From an uncultured Acidobacteriota bacterium (GTDB taxonomy: Bacteria > Acidobacteriota > Vicinamibacteria > Fen-336), in contig CAVOPG010000006.1 of assembly GCA_963697835.1 (NCBI GenBank), positions 41,529 to 105,528 of the forward strand: DNA of 64,000 nucleotides. The letters run 5' to 3'. The notes beneath the pieces were generated by a model. The model saw nothing but the letters and a program-made list of their open reading frames with translations. It was not told the DNA's origin and did no database searches. Position 1 is the stretch's first letter. Every line of letters starts with the position of its first letter. Below, in pieces: positions 11,761-22,185 of this stretch. The translations under genes were made by a program, and so were the position numbers.

Positions 11761-12758
11761 TCACGCCTGCCGTCCAGGCCGGGTCCCCTCGCCCGGCTCG
11801 GGCGGGGGCTCGGCCCAGCGGCGGAAGTCGAACCAGTTGTCGAACAGCCCCAGCAGGGCGAGGATCTGCGGGGCCCAGGGGTTGGCCAGCACCAGCACGA
11901 CGATCGCGGCCCGCAGCAGGGGCGGGCCGGCCAGGCGCCGGGCGTAGAACGCCACCACCGCCAGCCCCTGGAGGGCGAAGAAGAACGCCGTCACCAGGAG
12001 CACGTTGTAGGCGGCCGGCCTCGCCAGGGGCAGCGCCACGGCGGCCCCGAACAGCACGAAGACGAAGACGAGGGCGAGGGGCCACCGCACCCGCTCGAAC
12101 TCCCCGTCCTCGAGCCAGCCCGGGGTCGCGCCGGAGCAGGTAGAGGCGAAGGAGCGCGGCGTTCGCGGCCACCAGCACCGCGGCGAAGATGACCCAGGAC
12201 GGCGGGGAAGACGACCGCGAGGGCGTCGCGCAACTCCCCCACCTGCTCGGTGAAGTCCGAGACCTGCTCGGCCGGCATGCCTGCCCGCCTTGAGCTGGGC
12301 GAGGAACGCCTCCGAGCGCAGGCTGGTCGAACGGGGCGAGGAGGAACTCCGCCATCGCCTGCGAGGCGAAGGCGAGACCCGCCCCGATCTCCGCGACGAG
12401 CGTGGCGAAGGCCCAGGCGCAGCCGCGCAGGAGGCCGCGCCCGCGGGCCAGCGACTCGCCGAGGAGCAGCCCCGGCACCGCCAGGACGAGCAGGTAGAAG
12501 CCGGCCGCGGGAAAAGCGCTCGACGCCGCCACGAGGGCGGCGGCGAGGGCGGCGGCGAGCCACGCCCCGGCCGCGCCGCCGCGAAGGCGCTGGACCGCGA
12601 GCGGCAACGGAGCGACGAGCGAGAGCGGGGCCAGGGCGGGCACGAGGCCCGCCGACCCGAAGAGGACGCGCCGAGAGGGCGCCCGCCCCCACGAGCCCGC
12701 CGAGACGGGGCTCCGCGCCCACTCCGGTTCCCGCCGACACCGGTCCCCGCTCCGTCAT
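11761..12758 (-). CDS. DUF2232 (YybS-like) polytopic membrane protein; frame broken
   Basis: Hydrophobic frames read PALAPLSLVAPLPLAVQRLRGG..FYLLVLAVPGLLLGESLARG and NVLLVTAFFFALQGLAVVAFYARRLAGPPLLRAAIVVLVLANPWAPQILALLGLFDNWFDFRRW. The conserved position between rpsR and rplI supports the call. Confidence 0.55.
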
Positions 12759-12781
12759 CCCGCCCCGCCTGGAGAGCGCTT

Positions 12782-13114
12782 CAGTCCGCCGCGTACGGCA
12801 GCAGGGCGATGTGGCGGGCGCGGTTGACGGCCTCGGTCAGCTTGCGCTGGTGCTCCGCGCAGGTCCCGAACATGCGCCGGGGCAGGATCTTGCCCCGCTC
12901 GGGCACGAACTGCGAGATGAGCTTGATGTCCTTGTAGTCGACGTAGTCGATCTTGTCCGCGCAGAACTTGCAGACCTTGCGCCGGCGGAAGAAGTAGCGC
13001 TTGCCGCCTCCGTCCTTGCCCCCGGCGCCGCCCCTTTGCCCCCGCCCCGCCGCCCGACCTGCCGCCGGGCCGGCCGAAGCTCCTCGAGTCGCCGTTCATC
13101 CCCTGGGAGCTCAC
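12782..13114 (-). CDS. rpsR: 30S ribosomal protein S18; frame break in the Gly-rich N-terminal part
   Basis: GTG 13114 sits 6 nt after GGAGGT. My own translation of the corrected frame gives [73 protein letters not shown], with the stop at 12782. Confidence 0.85.
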
Positions 13115-13129
13115 TGCTGCACCTCCGCG

Positions 13130-13510
13130 TCACGAGCGGACGGGGAGGTTCCGCCGGCCCCGCCGCTTCTCCTCGCCGAGCGCACGCTTCGCCTTGCGCC
13201 GCTCCGCCTTGCGGAGCTCCTCGTCCACCCGCACGGTCAGGTAGCGGATGATGCCGTCCGTCACCTTGATGCGGCGCTCGACTTCCTTGACCATCGCGCC
13301 GCTGCCCTCGACGACGAGCAGGACGTAGGAGCCCTCGCGGTGGCGGCGCACGGTGTAGGCGAGTCGCTTCTTGCCCCACTTCTCCATCTTCTGGAGCTTG
13401 CCGCCGTCCTTCTCGACGAAGCCCTGCACCTGCGCGGCGAGGGCGTCCACCTCCGGCTCCCCGAGGTTGGGGTCGGCGATGAACAGGATCTCGTAGGTCC
13501 GATCGCTCAC
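13130..13510 (-). CDS. rpsF: 30S ribosomal protein S6
   Basis: GTG 13510 follows AGGAGGA. Product reads SDRTYEILFIADPNLGEPEVDALAAQVQGFVEKDGGKLQKMEKWGKKRLAYTV. Confidence 0.9.
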   Translation of the reverse strand: MSDRTYEILFIADPNLGEPEVDALAAQVQGFVEKDGGKLQKMEKWGKKRLAYTVRRHREGSYVLLVVEGSGAMVKEVERRIKVTDGIIRYLTVRVDEELRKAERRKAKRALGEEKRRGRRNLPVRS

Positions 13511-13651
13511 TGATCCTCCTTCTGGATCCCCGCGGCCGCCCCCGGGGCGCCTCGCGGGAAGCTCCTTTGGGGCCCGAGGGGCCCTACCGGGAGCAAGGGT
13601 CACTGGACACGGCCGGCTTTCGCCCGGCCGCGACGAACAGTGCAGTATAGC
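13511..13651 (-). promoter_or_regulatory. Structured leader upstream of rpsF (possible S6:S18-binding leader)
   Basis: Two GC hairpins: CGGCCGG-N7-CCGGCCG at 13610-13630 and GGGCCC-GAG-GGGCCC at 13570-13584. A TATACT element lies just after the pth stop. No covariance model was run. Confidence 0.25.
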
Positions 13652-14219
13652 CTAAGGGCGCCGGGGGTTGAAGCGGTTCATGGCGGCGGCCGGGCCCTCC
13701 TCCAGGAGGCACAGCACGGCGTCGGCCGCGAGCCGCACCGCCTCCTGGACCACCTTCATCTCCTCGGGCGGGAAGTCGGAGAGGACGTACTCCGCAAGAT
13801 CATCGGGGAGCTCGCCCCGCCGCACGCCGATCCGAACGCGGGCGAAGTCCTCGGTCCCGAGCGCCTCCACGAGCGAGCGCAGGCCGTTGTGACCACCGTG
13901 ACTCCCCTGCTCCCGGACGCGCAGGGTGCCGAGATCGAGAGCCACGTCGTCGACGAGGACCACGAGGTCCGCGGGCGATCCGCCGCGGCCGGCGAGGACC
14001 CCGGCGACGGGCGGCGCCGCTCGCGTTCATGAACGCGAGGGGCTTGACGAGGAGCGCCGCCACCCCGGCGAGGGACGCCTCCGCCACCCAGGCGTCGCCC
14101 TCGACCCGGCCCGCCGCCCGGGCACGGGCGGCGAGCACGTCCACGGCCATGAAGCCGGCGTTGTGGCGGGTCCGGCGGTAGCGCTCGCCGGGGTTGCCGA
14201 GGCCGACCACGAAGCGCAC
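13652..14219 (-). CDS. pth: Peptidyl-tRNA hydrolase; one frame break near 14000
   Basis: [27 protein letters not shown] plus [26 protein letters not shown]. Confidence 0.9.
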
Positions 14220-14244
14220 GGCGGCCCTTCGCTCGCCCCCTGGG

Positions 14245-14991
14245 CTACTTCTTCTCCTTCTTCTCGCCCTTCTCGGGCTTGCCGCCCTTCTCGGGCTTGC
14301 CGCCCTTCTCGGGCTTCTCCTCGGCCTCGCCCTCGCCCTTCTCGGCCTTGCCCTTCTTGATGACCTCGGGCTCCGTCGCCGCTTCCGCCTCGACGGGCAC
14401 GGCCTCGGCCGGCGCCGCCTCGGCCACGACCTCGGCCCGCGGCAGCACGACGTGCGCGATCACGAGCTCGGGCGCGTCCAGCACCTTCACCTTGTCGCCG
14501 AGCTTCACGTCGGAGACGCGCAGGTGCTTGCCGAGCTCGAGGTGGGAGATGTCCACCGTGATCTTCTCGGGGATGTCCGCGGGCAGGCACTCGAGCTCGA
14601 GCTCGCGGGTGACGAAGTCCACGATCCCGCCCTGGAGCTTGACGCCGACCGGTGTCGCCCGAGAGCTCGACGTGGACCTTGATCTGCAGCACCTTGTCGA
14701 GCGCGACCTCGTAGAAGTCGGCGTGGAGGAGGTGCCCGCGCAGCGGCTCGCGCTGGAACTCCTTGAGGATGACCTTGCGGCGCGTGCCGGCGAGGTCGAG
14801 GTCGAACAGGGTGTTCTCGCCGGAGGCGCTCTTCAGGATCGCCCCGATCTCGCGCGGCGAGACGGCGACGGCCATCGCGGCCTTCCCCGTCCCGTAGAGG
14901 ACTCCGGGGATCATCCCTCGGCGGCGCAGCCGGCGGTTCACGTTCTTTCCGGTCTCGCACCGGCTCTCCGCCGGCACGACGAATTCAGGCA
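14245..14991 (-). CDS. rplY: 50S ribosomal protein L25/general stress protein Ctc, with a Lys/Glu-rich tail; one frame break near 14650
   Basis: [34 protein letters not shown].. plus [37 protein letters not shown]. The tail reads [22 protein letters not shown]. Confidence 0.85.
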
Positions 14992-15018
14992 TCTCGCACT
15001 CCCACGGATACTGCGTTT

Positions 15019-15961
15019 CTAGACGAAGAGGCTGGTGACCGACGTCTCCTCGTGGATGTTCTTGATCGCCCTCGCCAGGAGCTCCGCGATCGAGAGGACG
15101 ACGATCTTCCCGCTCGCGAGCTTCTCCTTCCCGAGGGGCATGGAGTCGGTGACGATGAGCTTGGAGAGCGGGCTCTTCTCGATCCGCTCGATGGCGTGCC
15201 CGGACAGCACGGGGTGCGAGCAGGAGGCGAGCACCTCCCGCGCCCCCGCCGCCTTGATGGCCTCCGCCACCTTGGTGAGGGTGCCCGCGGTGTCCACGAT
15301 GTCGTCCACGATGAGGGCGGTGCGGCCCTCGACGTCGCCGATGACGTGGTGCACCTCGGCCACGTTCGGCTGGTCGCGCCGCTTGTCCACGATGGCGAGG
15401 CTCGCGTCGAGGCGCTTCGCGTACGCGCGGGCGCGCTCGACGCCGCCGGCGTCGGGCGAGACCACCACGAGGTCCTCGAGGGCCATCTTCATGCACGTGC
15501 TCGATGATGACGGGCGCGGCGAACAGGTGGTCGACCGGGATGTCGAAGAAGCCCTGGATCTGCGCGGCGTGCAGGTCCACGGTGAGCACGCGGTCGGTGC
15601 CGGCGGTCGAGAGGAGGTCGGCCACGAGCTTGGCCGAGATCGGCACCCGCGGCTTGTCCTTGCGGTCCTGCCGGCCGTAGCCGTAGTAGGGCAGGACCGC
15701 GGTGAGCCGCGACGCGCTCGAGCGCTTGAAGGCGTCGAGCATCAGCAGCAGCTCCATGAGGTTCTCGTTCACCGGCGCGCAGGTCGGCTGCACCACGAAC
15801 ACGTCCGCCCCGCGGACGTTGTCGTGGATCTGGAACCACACCTCGCCGTCGCTGAACCGCGCGAGGTGGGCGCGGCCGATCGGCACCCCGAGGTGCCGGG
15901 CGATCGACTCGCCCAGCGCGGGGTGCGCGCTCCCGGTGAAGATCTTCAGCTCTCTGCGCAT
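15019..15961 (-). CDS. prs: Ribose-phosphate pyrophosphokinase; one frame break near 15495
   Basis: [49 protein letters not shown] plus [31 protein letters not shown]. Confidence 0.9.
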
Positions 15962-15987
15962 GACCGGACGCTCTCGACGCCGTGGGG

Positions 15988-16061
15988 TGGCTGGGGCGGA
16001 AGGATTCGAACCTTCGATCCGGGGTCCAAAGCCCCGCGCCTTACCACTTGGCCACGCCCCA
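15988..16061 (-). tRNA. tRNA-Gln (anticodon TTG)
   Basis: Hand-folded cloverleaf. Acceptor TGGGGCG/CGCCCCA, 3-bp D stem GCC/GGC, anticodon arm CGGGG-CTTTGGA-CCCCG, T arm GAAGG-TTCGAAT-CCTTC, encoded GCCA end. Confidence 0.9.
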
Positions 16062-16074
16062 ACGCGCGGGGGTG

Positions 16075-16407
16075 CTACCCCTCGGAGACCTCCTTGCCGG
16101 CGGCCTCGCCGCCCGGCGCCGGGGCCGGGGCCGGCGGCGCCGCCGGGGCGCCGGAGGAGACCTGTTGCTTGTAGACCCCGAGGACCTTCTCCTCGAGGTA
16201 CTGGCGCATCTGGTTGTTGAGCGGGTGGGCGATGTCCTTGAACGTCCCGTCCTTCCGCTTCTTGCTCGGCATGGAGACGAACAGGCCCTTCGGGCCGTTG
16301 ATGACCTTGATGTCCGTCACCACGAAGCAGTGGTCGAAGACGATCGACACGAACGCCTTGAGCTTCTCGTCGTCCACCGGGATGACCTTGACGTCGGTGA
16401 TCTCCAT
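16075..16407 (-). CDS. spoVG: Septation protein SpoVG
   Basis: [64 protein letters not shown]. Confidence 0.9.
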   Translation of the reverse strand: MEITDVKVIPVDDEKLKAFVSIVFDHCFVVTDIKVINGPKGLFVSMPSKKRKDGTFKDIAHPLNNQMRQYLEEKVLGVYKQQVSSGAPAAPPAPAPAPGGEAAGKEVSEG

Positions 16408-16442
16408 GTTGACCGCTCCTCTCGACCCCTCGACGGCCCCCT

Positions 16443-17354
16443 TCAGCGAACCCGCGCCCGGCCCCACGCCGCCCGGTACTGGTCGAGCGTCAGCGTCTGG
16501 GCGACGAAGGCCCGGAAGCCCTCGCCGGCCAGCACCGCTCGGGCCCGCTCGGCCGGGCGCGCCCCATCGAACAGCCCGAAGTAGCTCGCGCCGCTCCCGG
16601 AGAGGGCAGCGCGACGGGCTCCCTCCTCCAGGAGAACGGCTCGAATGCGCCGTGCCTGCTCGCGCAGGCCCGGCGCTTCCTCCAGCGCCGCCTCCTCGAG
16701 GTCGTTCACGAGGAACCGGAAACCGCCGGCTCCCTCCAACTCCCTCGATACAAAGTAGAAGATGCTATTACTGTTCAAACGGGGTGTCAATCCGGTGTCC
16801 ACTCGGGCGAAGACCCGGGCCGTCGAGACGTGGATCCCGGGGTCCACGACGACGACGTGGGCCCGTAGCTGGCGGCGCAGGGGGTACACCTCGTCCCCGC
16901 GGGAGAGGCCCAGGGCGGTCCCCCCGAGCAGGAAGAAGGGCACGTCCGCGCCCAGGCGGCGGGCGAGCCGATGGAGGCCGTCCGGCCCGAGACCCGTCTT
17001 CCACAGCCGGTCGAGGCCCAGGAGGACGGTGGCCGCGTTGCTCGAGCCCCCGCCGAGGCCACCGCCGACCGGGATCCGCTTGCGGATCTCGATCTCGACG
17101 CCGCTCGACACGCGGCCGAAGCCGCGCAGCGCCTCCGCGGCTCGCGCCGCGAGGTTCGTCCCGTCGGCGGGCACGAGCGGGTGGTCGCAGCGCACCGTGA
17201 CGTCCCGCGGGCGGAGCCGCAGGACGACGTCGTCGTGGAGGTCGATCGTCTGGAAGAGCGTGCGGAGCTCGTGGTAGCCGTCGTCGCGCAGTCCCAGGAC
17301 CTCGAGGCCGAGGTTGATCTTGGCGTAGCTGCGGAGACGGAGCGCGCGGGGCAT
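16443..17354 (-). CDS. ispE: 4-(cytidine 5'-diphospho)-2-C-methyl-D-erythritol kinase
   Basis: [30 protein letters not shown] and the GHMP motif [20 protein letters not shown]. The ATG overlaps the upstream stop (TGATG). Confidence 0.9.
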   Translation of the reverse strand: MPRALRLRSYAKINLGLEVLGLRDDGYHELRTLFQTIDLHDDVVLRLRPRDVTVRCDHPLVPADGTNLAARAAEALRGFGRVSSGVEIEIRKRIPVGGGLGGGSSNAATVLLGLDRLWKTGLGPDGLHRLARRLGADVPFFLLGGTALGLSRGDEVYPLRRQLRAHVVVVDPGIHVSTARVFARVDTGLTPRLNSNSIFYFVSRELEGAGGFRFLVNDLEEAALEEAPGLREQARRIRAVLLEEGARRAALSGSGASYFGLFDGARPAERARAVLAGEGFRAFVAQTLTLDQYRAAWGRARVR

Positions 17355-17998
17355 CAGCGTCCCCCGAGGAGCCGACGCGCCTCGTCGGCGTCGATCGCGA
17401 CGGTAGCCCTCGTGCGGCGGCGGGGCGAAGGCGGCCTCGGGGAGGACGGACGCCGGTCTCGGCGTCGTCCACCTTCGCCACGAGCCGCGTCCCGTCCGCG
17501 AGGACCGCGTCGACCCGCCGGGGCAGCGTCGCTGCCCCACGAGCGCGCGGTAGTCGCGGAGGCCCGGCGGGCGCCACGCCGACGAGCACGTCCATCAGCT
17601 CCCCGGGCGAGAGCGCCACCCCCAGCAGCGCTTCGAGGTCGGCGGCTCGCCGCCGCGGACTCGAGGACGGCCCGCTCGCCGGGAAGGACGGCGGTGAGCC
17701 GTCCCCCGCGGATGACCGCGACGAGCCGCGCCCCGGCCGGCCCCGGGATCTCGATGCGCACCGCGTCGGGCCGCCGGAACGCCAGGAGCACCCGGCTGCG
17801 TCCGCGCAGGTCCTTTCCGCTCACCGAGACCCGCGCGCTGCCCGACCACGAGCCCGCGGCGGCGGCGCTCTCCGCCACCCCGGGCGGCGGCAGCGGGGCC
17901 GAGGCGCAGGCGGCGGAGAGCAGGAGCGCGGCGCCGAGCTCAGGGCGTGGGCGGCGCGACGGGCTGCTGCTGGGCCTGGAGGGCCCCCTGGGCCTCAC
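17354..17998 (-). CDS. Putative outer-membrane lipoprotein (LolB/DUF4292-like position upstream of ispE); frame broken, start uncertain
   Basis: Lipobox-like LGAALLLSAACASAP, then WSGSARVSVSGKDLRGRSRVLLAFRRPDAVRIEIPGPAGARLVAVIRGGRLTAVLPGE. Another frame gives ALSPGELMDVLVGVAP. Confidence 0.4.
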   Translation of the reverse strand: MRPRGPSRPSSSPSRRPRPELGAALLLSAACASAPLPPPGVAESAAAAGSWSGSARVSVSGKDLRGRSRVLLAFRRPDAVRIEIPGPAGARLVAVIRGGRLTAVLPGERAVLESAAASRRPRSAAGGGALARGADGRARRRGARRASATTARSWGSDAAPAGRRGPRGRDAARGEGGRRRDRRPSSPRPPSPRRRTRATVAIDADEARRLLGGR

Positions 17999-19909
17999 GG
18001 ATCTTCGCCTCCACGCGCGGGCGGTCGAGCTCGCTCTCCTCGTCCTCGCCCTTCAGGGCCTTCTGCCAGTACTGCAGGGCCTCGGCCACCCGGCCCCGCC
18101 GGGCGAGGATGTCGCCCAGGTGGTCGAGGACGACCGCGTTCTCGCCGTCCTTCTCGAGCGCGCGGCCGCACGGCCTGCTCCGCGGCCTCGAGGCGGTTCA
18201 GCCGGTAGAGGGCCCAGCCCAGGCTGTCCTGGTAGGCGGCGCTCTGCGGGTCGAGCTCCACCGCCTTCTGGACGAGCGACGAGCGCCTCCTCCACCCGCA
18301 CGTTGCGGTCGGCGTTCATGTAGCCGAGGTAGTTGAGCACGGGCGCCGAGTCGGGCTCGAGGACGAGGGCCTGGCGGAAGACGGCCTCGGCGTCGTCGTG
18401 GCGCTTCTGCCGCTCGAGCACCGCGCCGAGCTGGAAGAGCGCAGCGAGGCTCTTCGGGTCGGCGGCGAGGGCCTGGCGCAGCGCCTTCTCCGCCTCGGCG
18501 AACTTCCCGGCACGCCGGTAGAAGTCGGCCACGCGGCCGAGCACCTTCGGGTCGGCCGGCGCCTGCTGGCGCATCGCCTCGACGATGGCGGTCGCGGCGG
18601 CGGTGTCGCCCTTCTCGCGCAGCAGCGTGGCCTCGAGGCCGGAGAGGTCGACGTCGTCCGGGAAGCGCTCGCGGGCCGCGCGCACCGCCGACGAGCGCCT
18701 CGTCCTTCTGCTTCGCGAGGTAGAGCGCCTCGGCGTGGAAGCTCAGGAGGTTGGCCTCGGGCGGGCCGCCTACGTCCCGATGGCCCGCGCGAAGGCCTTC
18801 GCCGCGTCCGCGTAGCGCTCGAGCTGCTGGTAGGCGAAGCCGAGGTGGACGAGGAAGACGCGCTGGTTGTCCGGCGCCCTCTTCGTCGGCGGCCGGCGGC
18901 CGGGCCAGGATCTCCTCGAGCAGCGCCGCCGCCCTCGCGAAGTCGCGGCGCGACTCGGCGATCGTGACCTTGAGGTAGGCGGCCTTCGCGTCCTTGGGGT
19001 CGGCCGCGACGAGCGCCTCGGCCGCGGCCTCGGCCTCGTCGAAGCGGCGGAGGTCCCGGAGGGACCGCCCCTTGAGGTCGAGGCGCGAACCGGTTCGCGG
19101 CGTCGGCGGCGAGCACGGCCTCGGCCTCCGCGAGCGCCTCCTGCGGGCGCTTCGCCTGCACGAGGACCTCCCCGAGCGCGAGCCGCATGCGGACGTCGTC
19201 CGGCTCGATCTCGAGGGCCTTCCGGTAGTGGAGGACCGCCTGGTCCGTCTGCTCGGCGCGGGCGTAGATGTCGCCGAGGATCTGGTACGCCCGGGCCGAG
19301 TCGGGCTGCAGCTCCAGCGCCGTCTTGAGCGCGGCCGCCGCCTTCTCCGACTCGCCGGCCAGGAGGAGGTGGGTGCCCCGCTGTATGTGGGCCTCGAAGT
19401 TGCCGGGGTCGAGGGCGAGGTACATCTCCCAGATCCGGGCCGCGTCGTGCATTCTGCCGGAGCTGGCCGTAGATCCCGGCGAGGTTCAGGAGGGACTGGC
19501 CGTCGGTCGGCCGGAGCCGCGCGACCTCCTCGTACTGCGCGGCCGCGCGGCGCAACGCCTCTTCCGCCGCCGGCCCCGACGCCTGGATCTGCTCGAGCTG
19601 GGCGAGGATCAGGTGCGCGTCGGCGTCGTCGTGGTCGAGGGCCACCGCGGCCCGGGCCTCCTGCGCCGCCTCGTCGAGGCGGCACCATCTCGCGCAGGAG
19701 CCGGGCGGTCTCGACCCGGATCGAGGACGACGGACGGGTCGAGCTTCTGGGCCCGCCGGTACTCGGCGAGCGCCTCGTCGGTGTCGCCGGCGAAGCGCGC
19801 CTGCAGCCCGAGGCTGAAGTGGTAGTAGGCCTCGGAGCGCGCGGCCGGCGCGACGGCGCGGTGGCGGCGGCGACACGGCGAGAGCGAGAACGAAGGCGAG
19901 GATCGACAT
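17940..19909 (-). CDS. Large tetratricopeptide-repeat protein with signal peptide; frame broken several times
   Basis: MSILAFVLALAVS start. TPR frames read YYHFSLGLQARFAGDTDEALAEYRRAQKLDP, AYQILGDIYARAEQTDQAVLHYRKALEIEPDDV and VLNYLGYMNADRNVRVEEAL. The corrected C-terminus ends ALQAQQQPVAPPTP. Confidence 0.7.
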
Positions 19910-20182
19910 GACGGGCAGCAGGAACCCCCTGCCACGATTGTCCCACGGGGGGTCCCCGCATTGCCAGCCGGCCGGGACGGGTGCGACAGTACAACAACGG
20001 ACAACGGATCAACGACCGATCCCGTGGGCGACCGCCGGCACGGGGGGCTTGGGGGGTGCATAGCACCCCCCAAGAACAAGGAAAGCCAGGTACAGGCGAA
20101 GCCGTTCTTGGCCGGCTTCGTCCCCGGTTGCTCCTCTACGAGGCTCTGCTCAGGCCGTCTCCCCGAGCCCCTCGTCCCCAGC

Positions 20183-20531
20183 TCACGACGGGCCTCCCGA
20201 CATCCCTCGCGCGCCCGACTCGGACGGGGTGCGCTCGGGTGACTCCTCTCGGGAGCATCGGAACTCCTCGAGGATCCACGCCTTGACGCGCTTCGCAGTC
20301 GGCGGCCTGGCCCTCGACGGAACGCAGGTAGTCGAAGAAGCGCCGCTCGTTTCCGGCGCCGAAGGCCCGGGAGGGGAAGGTCACGTAGACCTCCCCCTCG
20401 GGCGACCGCCACAGCGAGAACCCGACGAGCTTCATCCCGGCCAGTGGGCCGGCCTCGGCCTCGAAGACGACCTCCGCCTCGCAGACGAGACGCTCCGGGC
20501 CGCTTTCCCTCTCCACGAACACCACGCGCAT
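20183..20531 (-). CDS. Small SpoVG-fold-like protein (divergent second copy); probable frame break near 20290
   Basis: ATG 20531 sits 5 nt after AAGGAGGT. MRVVFVERESGPERLVCEAEVVFEAEAGPLAGMKLVGFSLWRSPEGEVYVTFPSRAFGAGNERRFFDYLR parallels the SpoVG pattern (..KAFVSIVFD....[14 protein letters not shown]...G.F.D..HP). Confidence 0.35.
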
Positions 20532-20660
20532 CGCAACCTCCTTGGGTTGGCTCGAGCCGGTCGGGAGAGGGGCCGACACCGCCGAGACTACCCGACACTG
20601 CGTGCCCGGCGAGGTCCGCTCCGCTACCGCGAAGGCGGGAGGCTGCGCTAGACTCCGCCC

Positions 20661-20831
20661 ATGCCGATCGACCCGGAGCTTCTCGAGATCCTCGCCTGCC
20701 CGGAGTGCAAGACGCCGGTCGAGGTCGTCAAGGACGGCGCCGGCCTCCGCTGCGCGAAGTGCCGGCGGGTCTACCCCGTCCAGGACGACATCCCGGTGAT
20801 GCTCGTGGACGAGGCGACGATCGAGGAGTAG
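20661..20831 (+). CDS. Trm112 family protein (UPF0434/YcaR-like), 56 aa; below the ORF-track cutoff
   Basis: Own translation: MPIDPELLEILACPECKTPVEVVKDGAGLRCAKCRRVYPVQDDIPVMLVDEATIEE. Confidence 0.8.
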   Translation: MPIDPELLEILACPECKTPVEVVKDGAGLRCAKCRRVYPVQDDIPVMLVDEATIEE

Positions 20832-20854
20832 GCGCGCCGCAGGGCGGCCCCCCC

Positions 20855-22180
20855 TTGAACCTCGAGCGGGCCCAGCTCGCGCTCCTCGCCGCCCTCGCGG
20901 CCACGATTCCCGTCTCGATCTTCGCGAGCGAGGCTGCTCCTCGTCCTGTCGGTGGGCGTGCTCGTCGCACGCCTCGTCACCCGGCGCGCGCAGGCTCGTC
21001 CGCAACCGCGCTCGACACGCCTCTCCTGGCCCTCGTCGTGTGGACGCTGCTCGCCGCGTCGTTCGCCCAGGATCCTGTCCGCTCGCACGAGGACTCCAAG
21101 AAGCTCCTGCTCTACGCCCTCTTCTACCTCGCGGTGGAGGTGCTGACCCGCGCGGGCGACCGCGAGCGCGTCCTGCACGCGGCGCTCCTGGGCGGTCTCG
21201 CCCTCGCGGGCCTCATGGTGGCGCAGCACCTGTTCCTCGGCTACGACCGGCTGGATCGGCGGCCGGCCGGCTTCCTGGGCCACTACATGTCGGCCGCCGG
21301 CGTGACCATGGGGGTGTTCCTGCTCGCCGTGGCTCGGTCGCGTTCGGCCGGCGCCCCGGCCGCGGGTTGCCGACTTTCGGCTGGCCGCGGCCGTTCTCGC
21401 CGGCGTGGGCGCGGTCGCGGCGGCGACCGCGGCGGGGCACGGGGTCGGCGCCACGCGGGTGTGCGTGGCCGCCCTCGCGGCGGTGGCGGCGGCGGTGTCG
21501 CTCTCGGGGAGCCCCGCGGCCCGGGCCGCCGAGGCCGCGCTGGCCGTGGTGGCCGTCCCGGTCGCGGCGTGGGCGCTCGTCGTCTCGCAGACCCGGAGCG
21601 CGTGGATCGGCACGGCGATCGGCCTCGCGGTGGTCGCCGTCCTGCGCGCGCCCCGCGCTTCCTGTGGCTCGTCGGCGCGGCGGCCGCGACCGTCCTCGTC
21701 CTGCGCCCGCGGCGGTCACGGAGCGCCTGACCATCGGCGACGCGAGCAGCCGCGACCGCTACTACATGTGGCAGGCGGGGATCGACATGGTGCTCGACAA
21801 GCCGGTCTTCGGGCAGGGCCCGGGGATGATCCTCGCCGCGTACCCGCGCTACCGGTGGCCCGAGGCCACCCACCCGGTGCAGCCCCACCTGCACAACAAC
21901 CTGCTGCAGGTCGCCGCCGAGCGCGGGCTGCCCGGGCTCGCCTTCTTCCTGTGGTGGGCGGTCGCCGTCTTCGCCGCCGCGCTCCGGGAGGCGCGGCGGG
22001 ACGCGGCCCCGAGGCCCGGGCCACGCCTGGGCCGCGGGAGGAGCGCTCGCGGCGCTCGCCGCGGTCTTCGCCGCCGGCCTCTTCGAATACAATCTCGGCG
22101 ACTCCGAGGTCCTGATGCTCGTCCTCCTCCTCACCGCGGTGCCGTTCGCCCTGTCGCGCGGGCGCGCGGCCGCGGCCTGA
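20855..22180 (+). CDS. O-antigen ligase (Wzy_C/WaaL) family membrane protein; frame broken several times
   Basis: TTG 20855. Frames read LDTPLLALVVWTLLAASFAQDP..LLLYALFYLAVEVL, VVSQTRSAWIGTAIGLAVVAVL and DRYYMWQAGIDMVLDKPVFGQGPG..HNNLLQVAAERGLPGLAFFLWW. Confidence 0.7.
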
Positions 22181-22185
22181 GCCTC

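Noticed and set aside
14266-14316. An 18-nt tandem repeat (gcccttctcgggcttgcc, ~2.8 copies) that at first glance looks like a short repeat array.
   Set aside because: It lies inside rplY and encodes the Lys/Glu/Gly-rich tail (GKPEKG repeats) of L25/Ctc. There are no spacers and no CRISPR-like structure.
9934-15961. Calling frame-broken dnaB, rpsR, pth, rplY and prs (and similar genes elsewhere) pseudogenes or programmed frameshifts.
   Set aside because: These are essential single-copy genes. The breaks have no slippery-site or stimulator context that I could see, and similar breaks occur in dozens of unrelated genes. Consensus error is the simpler explanation.
20051-20071. A perfect 9-bp GC hairpin, GGGGGGTGC-ATA-GCACCCCCC, upstream of the large TPR gene. 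A second stem, GAAGCCG-N8-CGGCTTC, lies at 20098-20119.
   Set aside because: The first stem has no U-tract on either strand. The second may be the terminator of the SpoVG-like gene, but evidence is thin. I recognised no motif and cannot say whether it is conserved.
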